Below, piece by piece: positions 31,130-43,026 of a stretch of 64,000 nucleotides of DNA. How positions within the stretch are numbered: position 1 is the stretch's first letter; each line of letters begins with the position of its first letter. The position numbers and the translations under genes are program-made. Under the pieces are notes generated by a model. That model ran no database searches. It saw only the letters and a list, made by a program, of their open reading frames with translations, and was not told where the DNA came from. This DNA is from the human T2T-CHM13v2.0 reference genome, Homo sapiens, in the NCBI RefSeq assembly GCF_009914755.1, contig NC_060931.1, one strand, 5' to 3'.

Positions 31130-32350
31130 ATGAAAAGTTATTAGAGAGCTGTCTCAATAGTGACTAAGACAGGGTACGAAAACAGACCAACAGCGTGGAA
31201 GAGAGTCCCAACAGACCCATGCTCACATAGAAACTCAATATATGACAGAAGTGGCAGTGCAGGTCAGTGGAAAAGGGGATAATTATTCAATAAATGGTGC
31301 TAGGCAAAGACTTACCTTTGTAGCAAAAGATGAAAGTGAAATCAACCCCTACTCAATCTGTAAACTCCAGAAAGAGATATCCATGTAAAATTCAAAATTA
31401 TAACACATTTTTTAAAAATGGTGAATATCTTCATGACTTCAGTGTAAGAAAAAAATTTTTAAACCAGGCAAAAACAAAAACCATAAACGAAGACATTAGT
31501 GATTTTAAGTATATTAAGATTAAAAAATGCTTATTTATCACAACACATTGTGATTTTTTTAAGCATTCCGGATGAAAGAAAATAGTTATAAAACACAGCA
31601 TGCACTGGCCAAAGTATTAGTGTCCAGAATATATAACTCCTACAAGTCAAAAGCTTAAAAATAAAAATAGGGTAAATTCTTACACAGGCGTTTCAATAAG
31701 AATATTTAAAGCCTATAAATATAAAAAGATGCCCAACCTATTAACAAAATGCTAAATTTAAACCACAAAGAGAAAGCATTTTCCAGTAAATAGACTGGAG
31801 GAAAGTCTAACTATATCAAGTAGTGGTGAGGACTAGGGCAACTTGAACTTCTTTTACGTTACTGATGAGTATAATTCAAGACAAGTTTGGAAAATAATTT
31901 GGCATCATCTAGTAAAGCTGATAACCTACACATGTCAGAACTGTAGAGAAATCCTTGCACATGGGCACAAGATATATAATAATATCCATACTAGTAATGT
32001 TTACATCAGCAAAAAATTAGAAAACAAATGTCCATCACCTGTAAAATGAATTACGGTATATACAGTAGTGATTACGAACAAACTATAGCTGAGTAGACTT
32101 ATATGAATACATTTCCCCAAATACACTGTGCAAAGTAAGTATGCTGTCAAAATATATGCAAAGCATGTTTTAAAATCATATAAACATAGCCAAAACATTC
32201 TTCAGGAAAAGATGTTATACAACTAAAGAGAAAAGCGAGACAACAAGAAAAACAAAGTTTGGGTAATGTTTATTCATTGGGGGGATTAAATAAGACTTGG
32301 GAGGAGATAGTTTCAATGTGACTGGTGATGTTCTAACTATACCAGTAGTA
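31130..32350 (+). mobile_element. Ancient L1ME 3' fragment
   Basis: TTATTCAATAAATGGTGCT, TTGGAAAATAATTTGGCA and ACAAATGTCCATCA landmarks. Confidence 0.62.
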
Positions 32351-34124
32351 GACACAGAGGTATACAAAGTTCTTCAGTAGTTTTTTAAAATTCAGAATGT
32401 GTATTCATGGGTTCCCACCTTGATTACCAAAAACTAGCTTCAAGAGCAGAAACCATCCATATTTCAGATACAATTATGGCAGGATTGGTAAATTCCACAA
32501 ATTACTAGGTTCTTGTCTATGAAAGCCAGAATATCAGATGGGAAAGTTGTACAACAAGAAGAGAGATCAAAGCAAAAGGTGACAAAAAGCTTCAGGCATC
32601 TTAAACTAAAGGCCCATGAAAAGAGATCACAAGTGAAAATAACTTCTTGGCTGACTCCATCCCTTGCCTTGCCATCTGCTATAAACAGATACAGAAAATG
32701 CTCACGTTAAAAGGCATATATTCCACAGCTGTCTTTATGTAAGAGACTTCTGTTCACAAACAAACATGCAATGAAACCTCAATTTTGTGATGTTTTCTGA
32801 AATTCAAAGTATCAAAATTATGACAAGTATAAACAAGTTGGTTAGTGGCCTGCAAGGCACATCTCCCTGAGAAGCTTGTTGTAGGAGGCATCATTCCTGA
32901 CTTATCAAGTACAAATGTCTCCTCAAGTACCAGTAATAAGCCCTGAATGGAAGCTTAAGGGCTCAGCACCAGCCTCAGTGATTACTTGTCTCTCAAGCTA
33001 ATCTATCACCATATTTCCACATGTCACTGTATGGAAATCATTGATACAAATCATAAAATGTGGAATAATAAACCCCACCTCTACTGTTTGCTTTATTGTA
33101 TAATACTATGATGCATCCATACAGCAGGCACTAACATGCATTTCTCCTCAGGCAACTGCATTCTAGCTAATTATAACAATGTACAACAGAAATCCTCCAA
33201 CCATATAATTATGATTTTAGTTAGGCAAGTTGTCTTTATTGAAAGGCTTAATCAGTGTTTGCAGAACGGCATCTCTAAAGCTAATCATTGGGAATTATAA
33301 GATTGAATATTTCACATATTTAATCATAGAATACTTCTAATCTCCTTCTGACAAATAAATTGAACTAAGCTAATTTGTCCAATATAGAAACAGAGATATC
33401 TTAGAAAAATCTTTATTCATATTACTGTAGTACACCACTAAAAGTGGATATGCAGCAAAAAGGAATAGAGAGGCCTTCATTTTACATTCTACCTATAAAT
33501 TCCTAAAATTTCAATAGTACCATTTACCCTCATTATAACATGATTGGGAATATACTAGGATGTTAAACATTATTTCATGTTAAACCATAGATACTGTCAT
33601 CTGTCTTTCACCTACCCTTTTCCCAACTTCCTTTGAAAGTAATTCATAGAACGGAAACATAGAAGTGGGTAATTTGAAATAATTAAAGCAAAGCAAAAGC
33701 TTTTTCACATAGTAGCTTCCCCAACATCAAAAATAGATCAAGTTCCACCTCATTCCCATAGCACCTCAGAGAATAGGTCAGTCCTTGGTCCAGGCAATTT
33801 ACCCTTTGTCGAAATAAACCTGGGTTTCCTTACGAACCAGAACTCACTGCATTCTCACAAGTAAAATTTCTTTAGATCCAGGATTTAAACAAGTATCAAA
33901 GTTTCTCTAGAAGACAATACTATGGTATCCAATAAGCCAGGAAAAAAACATTATCTTATCCCCATGCAGAAGCCAGGAAAAATTATTATCTTACCCCCAC
34001 ACATGAATAAAGCCTGACCTGAAGTATATTGATTACAATGGACAAGTACAAGTGATTATTAGCCATGGTGAATCCTACTTAATATCACATTTCCAAATAC
34101 AGAGTTCAAAAATCTGCCAACTGA

Positions 34125-34521
34125 TCAGAGAAATGCAAATCAAAACCACAATATGGTAACACCTTACTCCTGCAAGAATGGTCAAAACCAAAACCTAAAA
34201 AAAACAGTAGATGTTGGTGTGGATATGCTAAAAACGGAACACTTCTACACTGCTGGTGAGAATATATAATAGTACAACCACTACAGAAAACAGTGTGGTG
34301 ACAAGATTCCTTAAAAATCTAAAAGTAGAACTACCATTTGATCCAGCAATCCCACTACTGGGTATCCAGTCTGAGGAAAAGAAGTCATTGTACGAAAAAG
34401 ATACTTACACATGCATATATGTAGCAGCACAACTTGCAACTGCAAAAACATGGAACCAGCCCAAATGCCCACCAGTCAATGAGTAGATAGAGAAAATTGT
34501 GATGTATGTGTGATGGAATAC
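34125..34521 (+). mobile_element. L1PB-like 3' ORF2 fragment abutting the CACGTG array
   Basis: GAAATGCAAATCAAAACCACAAT...ACCTTACTCCTGCAAGAATGG...GATCCAGCAATCCCACTACTGGGTATC...TGATGGAATAC. Translation includes [16 protein letters not shown] and TWNQPKCP. Confidence 0.88.
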
Positions 34522-37500
34522 ATTCGTATGACATGACTGATAGAAAACGTGTGACATACATGTGAAGGAAGACGTGATATGTGTGTAACTAAAGATGTGT
34601 GGCATGTGTGATGGAATACGCTATACGTATGTGACACGTAATGGAAGATGACACATGACTGAAAGCACATGTGACAAAAATGTGACACATGTGTGAAAGA
34701 CAAATGTGACATGTGTAATGAAAAAACAACTGTGACATGTGATGGAAGACACGTGTGACACTGGTGACATGTGTGACATGACTGACATGGAACTGACACG
34801 TGTGAAACATGTGCCAGAACAAATGTGTAACACATGTGACACATGGGACAGGTGGGAGAAAACACATGACATGGAAGACACACGTGTGAAATAAGACACG
34901 TGGACACACAACTGACAAGTTAGAGATGCGTGTCTGACACATTAGCAAAATGCCAATGACACGACACATTATCAAAACGTGATGGACGTGTGACACGACT
35001 GACACGTATGTGATACGAACATAACATGTAACTGACATGTACACATGACCAACACAACATGAGGGTGACACAATTGTGACAAGTCACTGACATGTAACTG
35101 ACACGTGATGGACACGTGTGACATGACCAACATGTGTTACAGGTGACTGACGTGTGTAACACGTGTGACATGTGACAGATGTGACAACTGACACGTAATG
35201 GACACGTGACTGACACGTGTAATGTGTGATGTAACAGACGTGACACGTGACATGTGACTCATAGTTGACATAACAGAAACATGACTGACACATAACATGT
35301 GAACATGTGACATGATCAACACAACATGTGATTGACGAAATGTGATGTGACCAATTTGACTGACATATGAGACGTGACAGATTACTGACGTGTGACACGT
35401 GACACGTGACCAACACGTGTGTGACACGTGACACATGACTGACATGTGACTAAGACGTCACCGACAAACACGTGACTGACACGTGATACATGACTGACAT
35501 GCGACCAACGTTTGAGACATGTGACTGAAGCGAATGACACGATTGGCACTTGATTGGCACGTGACCAACACGTCACTGACATGATTGGCACGTGTTTAAC
35601 ATGTGACTGACGTGATCCACAAAGGATCAACACGTAATCATCACGTGATCAACACGTGTGTAACACGTGACCAACGTGTGACCAAAGCATGTTTGACGTG
35701 ACCAACACAACTGGCAGGTGATTGACACGTGATTGACACGTTTGACATGTGACTTACATGCCATTGACCTTACCACCTAACCAACATGTGACTGATGTGA
35801 TTGACACATGATCAACACGTAATCAACATGTGTCACAGCTGATCGAAATGACCAGGGCATGATTGACACGTGAACAATAACATTATTGACATGACTGACA
35901 GGTGATTGACATTATTCGCACTTGACTGACACATGACATGTGAATGACACAATTGACACATGATCGGCCTGTTACCAACATGACACGTGATCAAGACATG
36001 ATCTACATGTAATAACGTGACCAACACGTGACTCACACGTGACCAGTGCATGATTGACAAGACAAACACGTGACTGACAGGTAATTCACGTGATAAACAC
36101 ATGATCAATACGTTATCAACATGTGTGACATGTGACAGAGGCAAGACCAGGGCATGATTGACGTGACTGACACGTGACCAACATAAGTGATTCACACATG
36201 ATTGACGTGACCGAGGTTTGTGACACGTGACTCACGTGTGCGATTGACATGATTGGCACATGACCTATATCATTGGCACGTGATTGGCATAGGTCCAAAA
36301 TGTGACAAATGATCGACATAAGTGACACGTGACCGTCAAGTGATCGACACGTGTGGCACGTGACTGACGTTGCTACAGCATGATTGACACATCACCAACA
36401 TGACTGACACGTGACAAACATCACTGAAACATGGACAGCTTTGTGACACGTGACATGTGACTGACACGATTGGCATCTAATCAACACGTGGGTGACACGT
36501 GACCAACGCTTAACCAATGCCTGACATGTGACAAACACGTGATACGTGACTGACACTTGACTGACACGTGATTAACATGATTGACACGTGACCAATACGT
36601 TTGACACGTGACTGACGCGATTTACGCAACTGGCATGTGTCCAACACGTGACTCACACGTGATCAGCACATGTCCAACAAGTGACTGACACATGATCGAG
36701 TCGTTACTGACACGTGATCATCACGTAATCAACACGTGACACCTGACCAGCCCATGGCCGGAATGTGATTGACACTTGACTGACACAATTGACATGTGAC
36801 CAACACGTTTAGGACAGGTGACAAGCGATTCACAATTGGTGCATGACCAACACGTGACTGACACATGATAGACGTGATCGTCATTTTGGGTCAGCACGTG
36901 ACATTTCACCAATGTGTGACCAAAGCATGATTGACACATGAACACGTGACATGACACGATTCACACGACTGACATGACCAACACATTTGTGACACTAGAC
37001 ACGTGATTGACAGGATTGAATCGCACAGGTCCAACATGTGACTGACACGATACACATACGATTGACGTGTGATCAACACGTGTGACACGTGACCAACACG
37101 TGACCAGAGTGTGATTGACACATGACTGACATGATTGACGTGACACATTTGTGACACGATTGAAGTGATTGGCATGTGACACCTTTGTGACGTGACAAGT
37201 GACAAGATTGGCACATGTCCAACATGTGACTGATACGAGATTGACAAGACGTTTGATCAACACATGTGACTCGTGACCAACGTGTGACCAGAGCATGATT
37301 GACACGTGACTGACACGAGATTGACATGAATGACATGACACGTTTGTGACATGTGACAAGCGACTTACACGATTGGCATGTGTCCAACACGTGACTGACC
37401 CGATCGACACATGATCGACATGTAATCAACGTGTGACACGTGGCCGACGCATGACCAGTGACACGTGAGCAACACGTGACCAACATGACTGACATGACTG

Positions 37501-38600
37501 ACATATGATTGACATGTAACTGACACGTTTCTCACAAGTGACAAGTGACTGACATGCTTGGCACGTGACCAACACGTGACTGACACTTGATCGTCACGTG
37601 ATCAGCACGTGTGGCACATGACAGACACCTGATTGACACATGACTAACACGTGACATTGACTCATGATCGTTATGTGATCAACACGTGTGTGACAGGCGT
37701 GTTATGTGACCATATGTGACACGTGACTGACATGGCTTACATGTGACACGATTGACACGTGACTGACGCATTTGACATGTGACTGACTCGCGAATGACAT
37801 GGTTAGTACGTGACGAATACACAACACGTGATTGGCACGTGATCGGCAACGTGTATGACATGACTGTCACGTGACTGGAGTGTGATACATGACCAACACG
37901 TGACCAACATGGTTGACACGTGATTGACATGATTGACGTGATGACACGTTTGTGACGTGACTGACACGATTGAAACATGATTGGCATGTGTCCAACACGT
38001 GGCTGACACAAGATCTACACATGATCAACACGTGATTGTCAAGTGATTACCTGTGTGACATGACCAATGAGACACGGAACATGATTGACACTTGACCAAC
38101 ACCTGATAGACACGTGATTGACATGATTGACACATGACCAACACGTTTGTGACACACTGACCTGGTTGACAGGACTGGCACATGACTAACAGGTGACTGA
38201 CATATGATCGACTTGTGATCAACACTTGTGTGACACATGACCGACACCTGATTGACCCATGACCAACATGTATAACACCCGAACGACACGACTGGCACAT
38301 GATTGACACTACTGACACGTCGACACGATCGACACTTGACTGACACATTTGTGACACACAATTGACACGATTGGCATGTGACCAACACAACCGACATGAT
38401 GTGATCGAGTCATTTTTGACACGTGACTGACACGTGTCCATAACCAACTTGTGAGATACATAACCAACTCGTGTATGACACGTTACACGTTTGTGACACG
38501 TGACCAACACCTGTGACGTGGCACATGACCAATATGTGTGATGGAAGACGTGGACACATGCCCAACATATGCCCAACACATGCCTGACACGTGTGTGACA
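34500..38600. repeat. ~4.1-kb degenerate CACGTG/TGACA-rich array; cryptic purine/pyrimidine-periodic satellite (9-11-nt units)
   Basis: Recurrent words GACACGTGACT, AACACGTGACC, GACACATGATT and GACATGACT. TpA is nearly absent. G->A/C->T mapping gives (AATATATAATT)n. Confidence 0.92.
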
Positions 38601-38604
38601 TTTA

Positions 38605-39090
38605 TAAAAGTTATACCTTTGTAATTACAGTTTTAATTACAAAGGATACAACTGCTAAATGAAGAGACACAGGGTGAGGTCTGGGGGAATCCTAAAGCTT
38701 TTATGCCTTGTCTCCATGGAATCAGGGTACACCACCCTCCCAGCACAGCCCTGTGTTCAATAACCAGGTAGCTCTCCTGGACCAGGGTCCAGAGTTTGAG
38801 GTTTCATGATAGAGGCATGACTAATTCAATCACTGGCCACCTGCTTGAACTCAATCTTCAGCCCCTTTCCTGTCCCCAGAGGCTGAGCTGGTTCAAAGCC
38901 TCTAATCACATTACTTCATCTTTCTGGTGACCAGCCCACTTCCTAAATCATGTTTTCTCATTAGCATAAGCTCAGGTATAATCCAAGGAGCTCATAAATA
39001 ACAGACTCTCCTGTTACTTCAGCAATCCCAAAGATTTAGAGTCTTCCTCCCAGGAACCTGGAATAAAGAGCAAATTCTTTATTATTCAAC
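38605..39090. mobile_element. MER21-like LTR fragment
   Basis: AAAGGATACAACTG...GAAGAGACACAGGGTGAGGTCTGG...GGTGACCAGCCC...TTTATTATT. Appears truncated at the array side. Confidence 0.6.
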
Positions 39091-42000
39091 AGACTGAAAT
39101 GCACTTTTAATATGGGAATTAGGTAGTCACAGGTGATTTTGGAAAGAATGGTCAGAGGAAAAATTAGCCAGACTGCTATGATTTATAACATAAATTAGGG
39201 GTATGCAAGGTGAGAAGTGTGTAAGAAGTTGATCACCAACAAGAGCATAAAATGACTAGAGGTGCTGGAGTACAAAGCTGAGGTAAGAAGGATATACCAG
39301 TAACTTAGAAAATGCCTTCTTCCACCAGGAGCAATACTTAGGAGGTTGCTTTGTTGATGCAGTCTCATTTGAGTCATCCTATTGTTAGTGTTCTTAGAGT
39401 CAATGTAATATTTAACGTGTTGGTCCTTCTTAAAATTATTCTCACTTACCTTTGATTTCTCCACATTCCAACTTACTTTACTCTTTCCAACATTTCCCTT
39501 ATAACAAAGTCCTCATTGCCACTTCTTTATCTGACTTAATTACGCAGAAATATACAAGTCCTTCTGACTTAGAAAAGATTACGGACCTCTAATTTTGGTA
39601 ATATGGTAGACTGGGTATCTTGAAACACCTCTTTCATTAAAAAAATATATATATAGGAGAGAATTTTACAAACAGCCTTTTAAGAGTATGTCTGGACTCA
39701 AACAATCACCTAAGAGTAAAACAACCTGATAGTTAGCAATCAGAGAAATAAGATGGCAGAGATGCTTTCAGTTAACAAGAGGCTTTAGTTTTAACAGATG
39801 AGGAAGAATGAGGACTAAGACCTTGAGCGTGTGCTACTTGATTAGAACTGTAATTTCCACACTAAGACCCATGAAAGTCCCTCATTTAAAAGGTAGCTGG
39901 GGCAGGGGAGGAGAGACACTCACAAGTGAAGGAAAACAGCAAGCAAAATTATCTTGGCTTGGGATCTTGAAGGGCAGGGACAGTTTTCCCTGAGAAGTTA
40001 CAACAGTAAGCTTGGTTTCATGTGAGTTTGGAGTTTCATTTAACATTACCACAGAATCTATAAAACTTCAAGCCAAGAATTAATGTAAAGTTGTTCCAAG
40101 TTAGTAAAGCCCCTGGGATTTCTGGCAGAAGGAACAAAAATCCATGCCTCAGAAACACACCCTTATCCCATGTTTACAGAAATCCTGATGATAAAGTCTT
40201 GCCAAACATGGGCTTACAATCCAAATTATAAAACAAAGGAGGAAACAAATTATGAACAAAAGTAAACAGAAATGAAGAGTTAGTGAATTAAACGACCAAG
40301 AAGTACTATTGGCTATAGTGTATAAAGTATTATGTTCAGAGCTTAAAAGGCAATAGAAGATAAAAAACAGAAAGGAGATTAATCGTACATGATAAGGGAC
40401 AAAATGGGACTCCAAATAATTTTTAAATGTTTGTTTTAAAAGTCCTTAAACAGGATATTAGACAGAGCTAAAAAAAAAAAATGAGAAATTGGAAACAAGT
40501 TACCCAGGATGCAGCATACAAAAACAGCAATATGAAAGAGAACTTAGGACACATGAGGACTGGATAAGAGTGTATCATATATACAGTATACATAAGGTAA
40601 GGGGAAAAGAGTTGTCAGGACCAGAAATGGGCAGAATCAATATTCAAATTAGATAATTATTCAGATTTTTCTAGAATAAAAATATGAATCAATGTTCATA
40701 AAGGACAATAAATCCAAAGCAAGGGAAAAAGTCTATACAGACACATCACAGAGACTAAACAACACATAGGAAAAATAAATTATCTAAGCATTCAGAGAGA
40801 AAAGGCAAATTACTTTCAAAGGATTACAATTAGGTTGGTTAGACTTCCCAAAAGCAATATTAAAGCCAGGAGACAGTGACATAACCTAATTTCAAAATAG
40901 TGAGGGGGGGAAAAAAACAGTTGTAGACTTAGAATTTTATACCCAGAAAAACTATCATCATTAAAGTAAGACAGAAATAACCCTGATGGAATTTTGCTCC
41001 CGAACTTATGGAAGCCATCTTGCCTCCCTGTAGGGCCTGACAATGTAATACAGGCAAAAAGAAAAACTGGGTCCTTGTGATGCTTTTGAGCTCTACAACC
41101 TTAATGCCAGCCTTAATCGTGGATATCTGAGACTCTTGAGGCATTCTCTTTACCAGTTTAAGTTTTTTTAATTAAGCAAAATGGAAAGTCAGTTAAAATA
41201 GAGTTATTGTTAGCATACATAACCCACCCCTCCCCCTAAAGATAATCACAGTGTAGCTTGTTCAGAAAATGTGTGTGAAGGGGACCTTTAGGTAGAACCT
41301 GAAAATTAATACCTAGGAAGAAAAAATAATCAGTTAAGGAGTCTGTAGAAAACTATCTAAGACAACAAAAGGCAATGAGTTAAAAGCAGGCCTGGAAAAC
41401 AGTCTGAACGGTGTGTGACTGCATTTATGTTTTTATGATAGTAAGTCAGTACAGTGAGAGAACTGGCAGGACATAGTGCCTGGAGTTAACTGAGAATACT
41501 GGGACACTATCCTAATTGTTTTAAGAAAATCTAAAACAAACCAAAAAGGTTACAGGATGTCTGCAATGGACAACTACATGACTAAGAGCAGACTCTTCCA
41601 GATTAGCTGAATCTAGCCTTGAGCTCTTTTACAGCTTTCAAAGTTGTAGATAACCAATAGCAATGCAAAACAATTCTTGCCTATAAACATGCAAATGAAT
41701 TTTGTCTATTGGAGTTTCAACTGACTCCACCATAAAAAAGCCAGTTTTCTGTTTTAATTCACTTCAACATACCTTTTTACTTTGTATAAATAAGTGCTTT
41801 TCTGGATTCAACTTTGAACCAGTTGTAACATCTGTCTGGTTCCCTCATTAATAAACTTGAAAAAATTCTTAAACATGGATGTATATAAAACTCATGATTT
41901 TACCCTTTATGTTTTAACACCAACAAAAACAAGGCAATATTTCTAAAAGAAACTGTATTTCTGAGGTTTCCTTAAACAAGTTGTAAAGTTTTGTTCTGAA

Positions 42001-42978
42001 CCAGCTTCTTAATCTAATCAGAAAATTACAGATTTCACTGAAATATACTTTGTTTCATTTAAGATGCATTATGTGATTAAATCTTACAAATTATATTCTA
42101 AGAAACAATCTAATAGGAACTCCCTCAAATCTGCAAAAAGTAACTGCTATGTATTTTAATATGTTCTATTAAATCACATGTAAGACAATGATATACTTAG
42201 CATATTAATTGGAGCAAGATAAAAGACTTCTTTTGCCTTTTACAACATACTCTCAGAAGACTCACTTTATGGACAATATCTCAGAAATACTTTCTGCTTA
42301 TTACTCAACAACAACAAAAAAAATTGCAAATGTGTGCAATTGTTATAGTGAGCTTAAGTGAATTTTCCAAAAGGTAACACAGGCAAAAAAAAAAAAAAAA
42401 ATTGTGTATAATATGCGTTGCAATGAATGCCCATCTACCAAATTGTATTGTCATCCCTAAGAACTCTTCCAAATGTGCAAAATTTACTCAAATTCTTAAG
42501 TTGTAAATCCTCTGCTTCTTTATGCCTTCTCACCACCCTTGCAACTGATTACCTTGCCTCTACCACAATTGAGCTGTCTGGAGAAGAGGAAGGAGTCAAG
42601 GGGGAAGCACAAGATCCAGGGGAAAGTTTTGTGGTCATTAATGGTTCCTGGACCACAAGTTTCACTACCTTAAATACCATTTATCCTTTTGTTTAAAGGC
42701 AAATCAAAATATTTCATTTGGTCTATGAAATTCTTACACAGTTTTAAATTTAAAGTGAAATTCATGTTGCAGAAGGAGGAGATGAAGTTAGGGAAAATTT
42801 CCTACGGCAATTCAAATACACATGGGTTATTGAAGTTATAGACTGTCTTTCCTAAATAGGTTTTAAAGGGGAAAAAAAAAAAAGCTTCTGGGCACCCAGA
42901 TGGCTAGGAAGGCTTGCTTCCTGTTGGCCTATAATCTTAGAGGAAACTATTACATAGATGTTATAATTCATCTTAAAA

Positions 42979-43026
42979 TAATACCCTTTAAGCACTTAGT
43001 ATTAATACCCTTTAAGCACTTAGTAT
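42979..43026. repeat. 24-bp perfect tandem duplication
   Basis: TAATACCCTTTAAGCACTTAGTAT occurs twice in tandem. Confidence 0.9.

Noticed and set aside
34500-38600. CRISPR-like array or simple VNTR interpretation
   Set aside because: There is no invariant repeat with unique spacers, no cas genes, and the context is eukaryotic. There is also no exact tandem unit in the 4-letter alphabet.
34500-38600. Retroposed ADAR-hyperedited RNA as the sole explanation
   Set aside because: One round of editing gives A>G on one strand only, but both A>G and T>C are pervasive here. No poly(A) or TSD flanks the block.
34500-38600. Simple CpG decay of a (CG)-rich ancestor
   Set aside because: Disfavoured but not excluded. 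Decay of CGCGCG should leave many GpC steps (TGCA, CGCA), which are rare, and the array starts at an L1 TA-rich site.
34405-38601. Many overlapping His/Val/Cys/Ser/Thr-rich minus-strand ORFs (up to 184 aa)
   Set aside because: They occur in all three frames with low-complexity composition. They follow from TpA loss (few TAA/TAG) and TGA being concentrated on the + strand. There is no splice or domain evidence.
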